NCBI GenBank assembly: GCA_963662285.2
Contig: CAXXMV010000008.1
Coordinates: 448,001-512,000, forward strand
Origin: a bacterium
Lineage (GTDB): Bacteria; Hinthialibacterota; Hinthialibacteria; Hinthialibacterales; Hinthialibacteraceae
Length of the DNA: 64,000 nucleotides
Direction of reading: 5' to 3'
Part shown: piece after piece, positions 50,992 through 60,208 of the stretch
Numbering within the stretch: the stretch's first letter is position 1
How the letters are laid out: each line of letters begins with the position of its first letter
Program-made: the position numbers and the translations under genes
Notes under the pieces: model-generated
Seen by the model: only the letters and a program-made list of their open reading frames with translations
Told to the model about the DNA's origin: nothing
Database searches by the model: none

Positions 50992-52830
50992 TTAATAGAG
51001 TTCCCATACGCTAACTGCAGTATTAACCTCAAGATCAGACAGCATATCAACCCCAGCGTTAATCCCGACCGGCCGGATCACGGCGTACCTGACCCTGCTG
51101 ATATGAATCGCGCCTAATTCAGAGAACGAGAAGCGAACAGCTGCTTGAGGACCTTGGTTGACTCCACTGAAATTGACGTCATTAACAATCCATACCGCCG
51201 TCTTCCATTCATCTGTTCCGGTAATGACTTGCCTGACTTCTTCCGGGACAAACTTGAACTGTAGAGTTCCAAATACATTGGATTGATACACTTGCGGTCC
51301 AAAATCTTCATCAATCAAAGCCGGATCATCATAATAATCCACTGCGATTTTCAAAACTGCGTTAGGTTGATCGGATGGTCCAAAATGTTCATTAATAATT
51401 GAGAAATTTATATGACTGTCAAACGGATCGCTGCCATCGCCTAAAGCTGGACGGATCGCGGAACGTTTATCACCCGCTGGACCAATATCATCTTCAACTA
51501 AATATTCCTGGTCGCCGCCGCTGGTTCCATAATCCAAACCAAAGTTTAAAGCAGGATCATCAATATTGAATTCCGCATAAATTTCGTATGGATCAGGATC
51601 AAATGGATAAGCATCGGGAATAGGATCGACATTCTCGTAGACTCCAGAACTGCGAACCATACCCACTCTTACGCGTGAGACATATACCGGACCGCCAAAA
51701 CTAAAACGGGCCGCTCCTTGAGGAGTAACATTTACGCCCTTTAATTTGACATCAGGAACATACCAAACAGCTTCGCGCCATAAACCGGTTCCTGCAAGAA
51801 CAGTTCGTTTTGCCTCCGAGAAGAAAGCCAAAGCATCGCCAGCTGTAACATAGACTTCCGGTCCAAAAATAGTTCCGGCAAGCGCAGGATCATCATAATA
51901 CTCAGCAACAATCTTTACTTTCGAACTAGGTTGGCTGGTTGGTCCAAAATGTTCATCTAAAATCGCCCAGTTAACATAAATATCTTGCGTAGCATCAGAA
52001 CCATCATCAAAAGCCGGTCGTACAGCCTGGCGTTTATCGTCTGCAGGACCAATATCGCTGGACTCAATGGTTTCCTGGTCTCCACCAGTAACGCGATGTA
52101 GATCCAAGCCATTGATCACGCCATTATTGATATCCCATTCGGCCATAATGGCATAATCATCCGGATTAAACTCGACTACTTTAGTCGTATTAATATCTTC
52201 CGGTTCGCCGAATGCGCCTTCAGGACCAATAGCAATAGCGCGAATTATCAAGCCATTAGTTCCTCCTAAACGTATGGTGCCTCCATTTACTCCGCCGTAT
52301 GTGATAGTTCCTTGAGAATCGTCGTGCACGTTTCCAGCCCAGGCGCCGGAATTATCAACCCGGAAGAGACGCCATTCAAATTGGTCAGTCACAGATTCAA
52401 AATTGAATCCATCAACGTAATTCATATAATCGCCAGGCAGCGTACCCAGCAGGAAACCCATATTGTCACGCTTGGATTCAGCATTGGCGAAATACTGCAC
52501 CAGAACATCAATCACAGGCAAGTCAGGTAATAAAAAATAAAGTTCATCAGCAATATTGAAATAGTTGGCAACCGACTTTTTAGCGTCTTTACCGGCGATT
52601 GAAATGTCTTCCGTTACCTGATCGCCACCAGTCAGGATAAGAATCGTTTCAGAAAATAGATTCCCTTGACCTGAAGGAATAGCTCCATAAAGAGCATCAT
52701 CCGCGCACCAATAATGCACATCCGCATCGAAATCAGTAGTTGGCGGCCACTGATCGATATCTTGTGAATATGCTGGCGTATAACCAATTAGTAATCCAAC
52801 AACCATGAAACAGACAAAAATTTTATTCAT
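50992..52830 (-). CDS. Secreted acidic protein with three internal repeats and WELY tail
   Basis: RBS AAGGAGG, signal peptide; repeated [TS]GGDQ...IGP..DKR.A.RPA..DGSD, YYDDPAL; ends TAVSVWELY. Confidence 0.75.
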   Translation of the reverse strand: MNKIFVCFMVVGLLIGYTPAYSQDIDQWPPTTDFDADVHYWCADDALYGAIPSGQGNLFSETILILTGGDQVTEDISIAGKDAKKSVANYFNIADELYFLLPDLPVIDVLVQYFANAESKRDNMGFLLGTLPGDYMNYVDGFNFESVTDQFEWRLFRVDNSGAWAGNVHDDSQGTITYGGVNGGTIRLGGTNGLIIRAIAIGPEGAFGEPEDINTTKVVEFNPDDYAIMAEWDINNGVINGLDLHRVTGGDQETIESSDIGPADDKRQAVRPAFDDGSDATQDIYVNWAILDEHFGPTSQPSSKVKIVAEYYDDPALAGTIFGPEVYVTAGDALAFFSEAKRTVLAGTGLWREAVWYVPDVKLKGVNVTPQGAARFSFGGPVYVSRVRVGMVRSSGVYENVDPIPDAYPFDPDPYEIYAEFNIDDPALNFGLDYGTSGGDQEYLVEDDIGPAGDKRSAIRPALGDGSDPFDSHINFSIINEHFGPSDQPNAVLKIAVDYYDDPALIDEDFGPQVYQSNVFGTLQFKFVPEEVRQVITGTDEWKTAVWIVNDVNFSGVNQGPQAAVRFSFSELGAIHISRVRYAVIRPVGINAGVDMLSDLEVNTAVSVWELY

Positions 52831-53185
52831 ATTCAATACCTCCTTTGGAATTGATCTTTCTACTATCCCATATATGAAGATAAAAAGATAGATTTATATG
52901 AAAATAATACGATAAAGCATTAGAATCGCATAGGCAAAATAGTTTCTATATATTTTAGAAAGAGGCAAAAACCTCCTAGTTAGTTGTTATGGAAAAACGT
53001 TAAGTACAGACCAATAAATGCCGAAAATAGAAGAAGATAAATCATCTTTACTTATTTTGGTACGTAATGTGCTTTTATATACTTTATATTTAATTGAGTT
53101 TTATTTGTTATCGGGTTGAAGATTACGAAGCGTCTTTACGATATTACAATGAGAAGCGCTTTAGAAACGAGGCATCGTGGTAATC

Positions 53186-53611
53186 ATGAAAATTCTAATA
53201 CACGAAACAGATCAAGATATCCGCAAACTTTACAAGGCGATTTTTTCTCCTTTCCCTGTACAGTTAACGTTCACCAATGAAGCTCGGGAAACATGCATTA
53301 AAGCAGACCGTTCCAATTACGATCTGGTTATGATGGACATTGAATTTCCCACTATGGAAGGTCTTGATATCGCACGCAATATGGTGCAAAACCATCCTGA
53401 GCAACCTTTATTATTGGTATCATCTATCCCATTGCGTAAAAGCGATTTGGGAGCATGCGCTTATCACTCGCGCAGCGCCATCATGATGAAACCTTTTGAT
53501 ATAGGTAAACTACGCAGCATGATAGAGAAAATGCTCAAGCCAAAGCAATATCCGGAAACGGACGAAGACAGGTCATCGCTGGGTTTCTTCCAACCGGCAT
53601 TAGTTAATTGA
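53186..53611 (+). CDS. Single-domain response regulator receiver (atypical)
   Basis: DLVMMDIEFP.MEG, MKPF; acidic pocket reads HETD. Confidence 0.8.
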   Translation: MKILIHETDQDIRKLYKAIFSPFPVQLTFTNEARETCIKADRSNYDLVMMDIEFPTMEGLDIARNMVQNHPEQPLLLVSSIPLRKSDLGACAYHSRSAIMMKPFDIGKLRSMIEKMLKPKQYPETDEDRSSLGFFQPALVN

Positions 53612-53650
53612 CAGTTCCAAACGCCTTATACAGACTCTGATCCACATTTT

Positions 53651-53682
53651 AAAAGCCCGCTACGCACAGTAACGGGCGTTTT
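53651..53682. terminator. Probable terminator
   Basis: AAAAGCCCG.TAC...GTA.CGGGCGTTTT. Confidence 0.55.
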
Positions 53683-53788
53683 AATATCACTAGTTTAGGC
53701 TTCCGACGTTTTAAAGCGTAGGCAACGCTGGCGAGCGTCCCGCGACAGACGGGCGCTGAAAGCCGCTTTTAATTAGTGATCTGGTAAC

Positions 53789-53827
53789 GGGTGGCAAGGG
53801 CAAGACCGCATAGCGGTCAGCCCTTGA
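53789..53827. repeat. Palindromic repeat family B, long form
   Basis: GGGTGGCAAGGGCAAGACCGCATAGCGGTCAGCCCTTGA, near-identical to the reverse complement of 58618-58656. Confidence 0.8.
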
Positions 53828-53901
53828 AGCAACTACTTTCGATCCCAATTTCCCTCAACGCTACGCGACAAATCATCTATGCGCGAATACAATAGCAACA
53901 A

Positions 53902-55302
53902 ATGAATGACGCCCGAATCTACCTTCGTGAAGACACTATAACTGCGCCATCGACTCCAAGCGGTCGGGGCGCCATCGCTATTATCCGCATCAGCGGCCCA
54001 GACGCCATCACGCTCTGCTCACGCATCTTTTCTCCTGTTAATGGTTCTTTGAGCCAGGCTCCCCGTCAAATGACCTACGGCAGGCTGGTTGATCCAACAA
54101 ACCATGAACATATAGATGACGTCTTATGCACATCGTTCCCCGCCCCCCGGTCATATACCGGAGAAAATATGGCTGAAATTTACTGCCATGGCAGCGAAGC
54201 GGTTATCCGTAAAACGCTCAAGATTCTGTACCGGGATGGAGCGCGTCCAGCTGAACCAGGAGAATTCACCTTCCGGGCGGTGCGCAACGGCAAGATGGAC
54301 CTGGCTCAAGCTGAAGCAGTCTCTTCTTTAATAGATAGCCGCACCCAACTGGCGCGCTCTCTATCCCTACGCATGTTAGAAGGCGAGTTTTCCAAAGACC
54401 TGGCGGCATTAAAAGAAGAACTTGTCTCGACATTAGTGGAAATAGAGACTCAGTTGGAATTTCCCGATGAAGCATCCGAAGAGAAACTGGACTCCAATAT
54501 TCAGGATAAAATGGCCGTTCTCCTGCAACATGCAGAATCACTGCAAAAAAGAGCGGTGCGTGAACGGCGTTTCGAACAAGGCATCGCCGTAGTTATCGCC
54601 GGACGGCCTAATGTCGGTAAGTCCAGTCTTTTCAACCGTCTGCTTGGCAGAGAGCGGGCTATCGTCACTCCCCATCCGGGAACCACGCGGGATAGCATCG
54701 AAGGAACCATCGAACTGGAGGGACGCCCGGTAACCTTGATCGATACCGCCGGTCTGCGGGAAACCCAGGAAGAGATCGAAGCCATAGGCATCCAACGTTC
54801 TCAGGAGTTATTATCAACCTCTCATATTATCATCTTTGTCTGCGATTGCGGCGACGGTCTTACAGGGCAAGACATTGCACTATTAAACCAGTTAAAAGAT
54901 GATCCATCCCAATCCAAAACCATCCTGGTGATGAACAAATGCGACCTTCATCCAGAATTTAACCCCGCAGAATTAGATGCAGATTGGGCGCTTGTCAAAG
55001 CCTCCTGCATAAATGAGACGGGCGTTAATGAATTAATAGGGATTCTTGAACAGGAAGTTAAGAACCTTATTCCGGCTGATACAGATTCAGCCTATCTGAT
55101 CAGTGCGCGCCAAGAGCGGATTCTGACCCGGTTACAGGATGATTTACACAACGCTGACCAATTCATAAATCAACAGACACCCCTCGAATTACCGGCAGAA
55201 GACCTGCGCTCAGCCCTCAAGAATATATCTGAGTTAGATGGCAGCGGAACACCGCCGGATATCATGTCTACCATCTTTTCACGCTTTTGCATCGGAAAAT
55301 AG
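53902..55302 (+). CDS. mnmE: tRNA modification GTPase MnmE
   Basis: IIRISG, GRPNVGKSS, PGTTRD, DTAGLR, NKCD, C-terminal IFSRFCIGK. Confidence 0.96.
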   Translation: MNDARIYLREDTITAPSTPSGRGAIAIIRISGPDAITLCSRIFSPVNGSLSQAPRQMTYGRLVDPTNHEHIDDVLCTSFPAPRSYTGENMAEIYCHGSEAVIRKTLKILYRDGARPAEPGEFTFRAVRNGKMDLAQAEAVSSLIDSRTQLARSLSLRMLEGEFSKDLAALKEELVSTLVEIETQLEFPDEASEEKLDSNIQDKMAVLLQHAESLQKRAVRERRFEQGIAVVIAGRPNVGKSSLFNRLLGRERAIVTPHPGTTRDSIEGTIELEGRPVTLIDTAGLRETQEEIEAIGIQRSQELLSTSHIIIFVCDCGDGLTGQDIALLNQLKDDPSQSKTILVMNKCDLHPEFNPAELDADWALVKASCINETGVNELIGILEQEVKNLIPADTDSAYLISARQERILTRLQDDLHNADQFINQQTPLELPAEDLRSALKNISELDGSGTPPDIMSTIFSRFCIGK

Positions 55303-55306
55303 ATAT

Positions 55307-55339
55307 AAAAAAGCCGTTGCATTTCTGCAACGGCTTTTT
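55307..55339. terminator. Bidirectional terminator
   Basis: AAAAAAGCCGTTGCA-tttc-TGCAACGGCTTTTT. Confidence 0.85.
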
Positions 55340-55368
55340 GAGGTTTTTCACAAGTTTACTGAATACAA

Positions 55369-56751
55369 TTATAACGTCCAACCTTTGCGATACTTGGGTT
55401 TAACCCATTTGTTGGCTTCGTCGTTATTGGTGAAACGGGCGTTGGGAGCATCCCAATACAGTTTCTGATCCGGGAATTTCAAGCAGAGGTTGCCCATTAC
55501 TATCCATTCGCTGAAAGGACCGGAATATTCGAAGTTCGAACCGGCGGGAGCGCCGCCCTTGCAAGCGCGAAGCCAGTCGATTTTCTGTTTTTGGTCATCG
55601 CCGTTCCCTGGTAAGCGTGGGATAATTTGTTGAGGCGCTTTGAAATCCTTCATGTGTTCGCCAGCAATCAAACGTGAGCCTTCGCCATAGGTTCCCGTCA
55701 CCAGGATGCCCTTGTCGCCGATGAAGAGTGAACCGCAGGAGCCTTTATCGATTTTGAAATTCTTAACGCCTTCCGGTATAGGAGGATGCAGATTGCCGTC
55801 GTACCAATACAGCGTTACCGGTGACATGTTTCCACGGCGTGGGAATTCAAAGCGAATTCTGGCTTCAGTCGGGAAGGTTTGATCATTGTTGCCTTTTTCA
55901 TGCAGGCACTCAACGCTTATAGGAGCGCCCAGACGCAAGGCCATGTTGGCTGGATCAAGTATATGACAGGCCATATCCGCTAAAGCGCCGCCGCCAAAGT
56001 CCCACCATCCGCGCCATTTGAATGGAGCGTATGCTGAGTTATAAGGACGATATATAGATGGTCCAATCCATGCATCCCAATTAATATTATCTGGCGCTTC
56101 TTCTTCTGGAAGAATTCCAGGTTTGCCATCTTCAAAGATGCCTTCGATGCCCTGCGGCCAGATAGGACGGTCAGTCCAGGCGTGAACTTCGCGGATATCT
56201 CCGGCGATGCCCGACCAGACCAATTCGCACATATCGCGAACGCCATCGCCTGAGTGACCCTGGTTGCCCATTTGGGTGGCAACGCCGTATTTTCTGGCGG
56301 CCAAAGTCAATTTGCGGGCTTCCCAGATGGTACGGGTCAATGGTTTCTGTACGTAAACATTGATGCCGCGTTCCATACACGCCATTGCTGCCACAGCGTG
56401 AACGTGGTCAGGAGTAGAAATTGTGCAGGCATCAATATTCTTTTCCTTGTCCAGCATTTGGCGGAAATCCTGATAAACCTTGGCGCCCGGGAATTTCTTG
56501 ATCGAGCCATTGGCCATTCTCTCATCAGGATCGGCCAGGGCAATAACGTTTTCGCCCAGATCGCCGCATTGGCCGATGTCTGACGATCCCTTGCCGCCTG
56601 CTCCAATAGCAGCCATGTTCAATTTTTCGTTAGGAGATTTGTATCCCAGCCGTTTCAGGCTTGGAACTGATTTTGTGGTTGCGCAACCAGCCATTGTCGC
56701 CGCAGCGCTTCCCATTAAAAAAATACGCCGGGAAAGTTTTGATTCACTCAT
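55369..56751 (-). CDS. Tat-exported Gfo/Idh/MocA oxidoreductase
   Basis: SRRIFL, IGAGGKG, STPDHVH, YVQKPLT, QMGNQG, WRGWWDFG.GALADMACH. Confidence 0.9.
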   Translation of the reverse strand: MSESKLSRRIFLMGSAAATMAGCATTKSVPSLKRLGYKSPNEKLNMAAIGAGGKGSSDIGQCGDLGENVIALADPDERMANGSIKKFPGAKVYQDFRQMLDKEKNIDACTISTPDHVHAVAAMACMERGINVYVQKPLTRTIWEARKLTLAARKYGVATQMGNQGHSGDGVRDMCELVWSGIAGDIREVHAWTDRPIWPQGIEGIFEDGKPGILPEEEAPDNINWDAWIGPSIYRPYNSAYAPFKWRGWWDFGGGALADMACHILDPANMALRLGAPISVECLHEKGNNDQTFPTEARIRFEFPRRGNMSPVTLYWYDGNLHPPIPEGVKNFKIDKGSCGSLFIGDKGILVTGTYGEGSRLIAGEHMKDFKAPQQIIPRLPGNGDDQKQKIDWLRACKGGAPAGSNFEYSGPFSEWIVMGNLCLKFPDQKLYWDAPNARFTNNDEANKWVKPKYRKGWTL

Positions 56752-57018
56752 AATGCTCCCCTTCTTGGAAGATGTTTTTTTGCAGGAGATTACTTTTTCA
56801 TATACCTGCTATTGCGAAACTAATACCAGCTAAAAACAAGCAGGAATCAATCCGCACACGATTGGGATAGAACCTTTATAACCCTTTTATATTAAGAGAA
56901 ATCAACTGTGATAACAAGGTCTTGAAACCCGGGAACTATACGTCACAATAGAAAGACGCATTCATAATAAATGCGCCTTTCTTATTTCACAGATTAAGCG
57001 TGGTTTGCTTAACAACAA

Positions 57019-57315
57019 TCACTCATCTTCTTCGTCCATCTCAATCATATCACCTATTTCATTTTTGGGATTAGGTATGCTCTGCACGATTTCTTCCGCC
57101 TCAGTTACATCATCTTCAAGTACAAGAATACGAGAATGCCCTTTGACTGATTCAAATAATCCATCGAAAGCTTCGTCATGATATCCCTGAACCACATAAT
57201 GAATACCTGCATCATCAAGGGCGCTTGTGATAAAAGCTTCATGTATATCATCTTCGGTAATACCAACTTGTATCAGTTCTTCTTGGTCAGGATTCACGAT
57301 AAATTCTCCAATCAT
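57019..57315 (-). CDS. DUF2007-like small acidic protein
   Basis: EA.FI.SALDDAGI.Y, AFDGLF, ILVLEDD...A. Confidence 0.65.
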   Translation of the reverse strand: MIGEFIVNPDQEELIQVGITEDDIHEAFITSALDDAGIHYVVQGYHDEAFDGLFESVKGHSRILVLEDDVTEAEEIVQSIPNPKNEIGDMIEMDEEDE

Positions 57316-57491
57316 GTATTGTGATAAAGTGATTCGACCTAATATGTATTTACAAAATGTTTAATGCAAAATCGCTAAATCTAATCTCTTTCTAACGATA
57401 TGTAGTTGATTATAAGTATTATTTCATCAACTCTTATATATGCTACTAGTCTAAGCGTATTTTGCACAAAAAAAATCAGAAATCAATTCTT

Positions 57492-58511
57492 TTATTTACA
57501 ATCCCCCCGCCATTCCAAACTTTGATCACGCATCAAACGCCAATCAAGTTCCGGCTCGCGACCGGCGGTGGTTAGATAGTTGCCCACCATCATACCGCTG
57601 GCCCCGGCGAAAAAAATCATACACTGTAAGTCATGCAAGTTTGATTCACGCCCGCCGCAAATTCTAATCGTCTTATCAGGAAGTATAAACCTAAAAAGTG
57701 AAATCGTCATCAAAATTTCCATCGGCGGCATAGGAGGTTGTTTTTCCAGAGGAGTTCCGGGGACTGAGTATAGAAAATTCATGGGAATCCCATCCACATC
57801 CAGTTCACGCAAAGTTAAAGCCAGGTCGATCCGGTCATTGATGGTCTCACCCAATCCGAAGATGCCCCCTGAGCATATTTTCATGCCAGCTTGATGAGAG
57901 GTTTTAATGGTTTTAATCCTCTCTTGAAAGGTATGGGTAGTGCAAATCGAAGGGAAAAAGCGTTCAGAGGTTTCAAGGTTATGATGTATGGTGGTAACGC
58001 CGCATTGACGTAAGTATCTTAATTGCTCAATATTTAATAAGCCAATTGAAGTATGAACGTCCAGCCCGGTCTTTTCTCTAATAATTATGGCAGCCTCACC
58101 AATTCGTTTCAACTCAGCTTCATTTTTCACGCCCGGGCCGCTGGTTACTAAGCCAAACGATTCAGCGCCATCTTGTTTAGCCTGTTGCGCCACTTTCAGC
58201 ATCTCGTCTATTTCCATCATAGAATAGACCGGCGCTCCAGTTTTATAACGCGATGATTGAGAGCAGAAAGCGCAATCCTCGCTGCATGCGCCCGATTTGG
58301 CGTTTACTATGGAACAAAGACTGACGTGGTTTTGATTATAATGTTCCCGGATACGGTTGGCATGATAAAACAGAAGCAAGGATTCTTTCGGATCAATCGC
58401 TCCAATTCGCTGCGCTTCGGAACGGTCGATTCGATATCCATGATTGATGATATTGTTTGATATATCTTCAAGAAATTTGCCAAGTGATTGATCTTCTTTA
58501 TTTTGATTCAT
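57492..58511 (-). CDS. bioB: Biotin synthase
   Basis: NAKSGACSEDCAFCSQS, HNLETS, CSGGIFGLGE, GNYLTT; start chosen at 58511 (upstream extension is repeat-derived). Confidence 0.95.
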   Translation of the reverse strand: MNQNKEDQSLGKFLEDISNNIINHGYRIDRSEAQRIGAIDPKESLLLFYHANRIREHYNQNHVSLCSIVNAKSGACSEDCAFCSQSSRYKTGAPVYSMMEIDEMLKVAQQAKQDGAESFGLVTSGPGVKNEAELKRIGEAAIIIREKTGLDVHTSIGLLNIEQLRYLRQCGVTTIHHNLETSERFFPSICTTHTFQERIKTIKTSHQAGMKICSGGIFGLGETINDRIDLALTLRELDVDGIPMNFLYSVPGTPLEKQPPMPPMEILMTISLFRFILPDKTIRICGGRESNLHDLQCMIFFAGASGMMVGNYLTTAGREPELDWRLMRDQSLEWRGDCK

Positions 58512-58705
58512 GTTATTTCGACTTGTCCTTGTCGCCGATAGGGCTTTGCGTATTCCGGGCGCCCACGAGGGTAATGTCATTAAGTCAAGGAATTTCACCT
58601 TATCGTTGGTGGCTTGATCAAGGGCTGAGCGCAATGCGCTCTTGCCCTTGGCACCCAGCAATACAGATTATGCATTAATTATATGGATTTATGAACTTGC
58701 AAAAA

Positions 58706-59851
58706 TTATGGAAATATCTTAATAACAGGCTGCGTCAGGTTTCCTCCGCCATTATCCCATTTTATCAGACCGCTGGCGGCTTTATAGCCACTTAATTGAG
58801 TCAGGGATTTCGCCAAAGATGTGCGCTTTAATCCACTGGAACGAATAGACTTAATGATTAACTGCGCCGCATCATTGGCGTAAGTTGCAGAGAAAGTCGG
58901 GCGCTCAGCGAAGCGGCGTGAATATGAATGCTCAAACCGTAAATAAGGGCTGCATTTAGATGCATGTTCAAAAGGTTCAACCACATACAAAGTTCCAGAA
59001 TATTGGCTTGATATGACCTCAGCCTTAAATCCGGGAATCCAGGGAATGAAAAGCGGGCAATGCACCTTCCGCTTTACAAGCGAATCAATCAAACCAGCCA
59101 ATTGATTCGCTTGCAGACGAATCACCAGAGCATCCGGTTTGAACGAGTTTATACGTTCTATAATTTCATCAAATGATTGCAGATCAGCGTCAATAGTGAA
59201 ATGGAAAACTGGTGGAATATGTTTCTTATGCAAAGCCTCTTGTAATTCATCAGAAGAATATCTGCCGTCATGTTCGGTTGAAGATATCAAACCAATTCTT
59301 TGCAGTGTTTTGAGCTGCGCGATTTGACTAATCAACAGATCCGCTTGCACCCGGTCATCAGGAGGCAGACGAAATATCCAGGGCAGATTGATATGAGTTA
59401 ATGATGGATCAGAGGCAATAGGAGAAACCAACGGAACCCAAGCCTTGGTAACCACTTGCTGCGCGATATGGGTTGCATCTCCATTAATGGAGCCGATAAC
59501 CGCCCAGACGCGATCCTGGTAAACCAACTTGATCATCTCTTTTGAACCGGCGCCCCAGGGATCATCGGCCCAGCGTTGCACAACAGAAAAAGGTACGGAT
59601 TGATAACCACCCTCAGCATTGGCCTGTTCAATAGCCAGAGAAACTCCCTGTATTATGGCTCGCGCTACACCGCCGTCTTGCTGATATGGAGAGAATAGCC
59701 CGATTTTAATTGATTTAAGTTTTTCCACATCAGCAGTTTGGGTCTCCGGCCCGGAGAAAGGCTGGGGCGCGTCAAGCATACGATAAGGTTCTTGGGCGTT
59801 AATATTTATAGAGAGAAGAATGAAGATGGAAAAACAGATAATTGATCTCAT
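58706..59851 (-). CDS. Periplasmic binding protein type 1 (LivJ-like), no cognate permease in window
   Basis: IKIGLFSP, LAIEQANAEGGY, VWAVIGSING..TH, PWIFR; signal peptide from ATG 59851. Confidence 0.8.
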   Translation of the reverse strand: MRSIICFSIFILLSININAQEPYRMLDAPQPFSGPETQTADVEKLKSIKIGLFSPYQQDGGVARAIIQGVSLAIEQANAEGGYQSVPFSVVQRWADDPWGAGSKEMIKLVYQDRVWAVIGSINGDATHIAQQVVTKAWVPLVSPIASDPSLTHINLPWIFRLPPDDRVQADLLISQIAQLKTLQRIGLISSTEHDGRYSSDELQEALHKKHIPPVFHFTIDADLQSFDEIIERINSFKPDALVIRLQANQLAGLIDSLVKRKVHCPLFIPWIPGFKAEVISSQYSGTLYVVEPFEHASKCSPYLRFEHSYSRRFAERPTFSATYANDAAQLIIKSIRSSGLKRTSLAKSLTQLSGYKAASGLIKWDNGGGNLTQPVIKIFP

Positions 59852-60208
59852 GTTATGGGCTATTATATTGTCTGAATCTGGATACCCAGGATGGGTGGCA
59901 AGTGCAGTGTGTTGTCTGCCCTTGATCGAGTCACCTCTTATTTCAAGAATTCCCACTAACAATCCACACTGAAGACGGTATCATAGGATTGATTTCGTTT
60001 ATCCATGATTATCTAATCAAGGGCAGAAAGGACAACGTCCTTGGCGCCCACGCCTCACCGACCCATCAAAAAACCACCCATTCAATCAGAAAGCCACTCT
60101 CCGCTATGTCAGGGAAAATTCAATAGGGGGATTTTTCTTGCCAGGGTGGTTATTATCAACCCTCTCCTAGCCTCTCCCAATCTTGGGAGAGGGATGATTA
60201 TTCTACAT

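Noticed and set aside
53686-53850. Group II intron or known riboswitch
   Set aside because: No domain V, GUGYG start or RT ORF, and no recognisable aptamer consensus; the 3' hairpin is a dispersed repeat.
55369-55400. C-terminal YRKGWTL of the Gfo/Idh/MocA protein (and RPWMA at 35182) as further tail-motif members
   Set aside because: They lack the [ST]-x4-W-x-L-aromatic pattern and look like ordinary family-conserved ends of Tat substrates.
58512-58661. N-terminal extension of BioB in the ORF track
   Set aside because: It translates a family-B repeat; the likely start is 58511.
59852-59962. N-terminal extension of the binding protein, and ORF 61530-61760 sharing SIKGR..TAL
   Set aside because: The shared peptide is the translated DNA repeat, not a protein motif.
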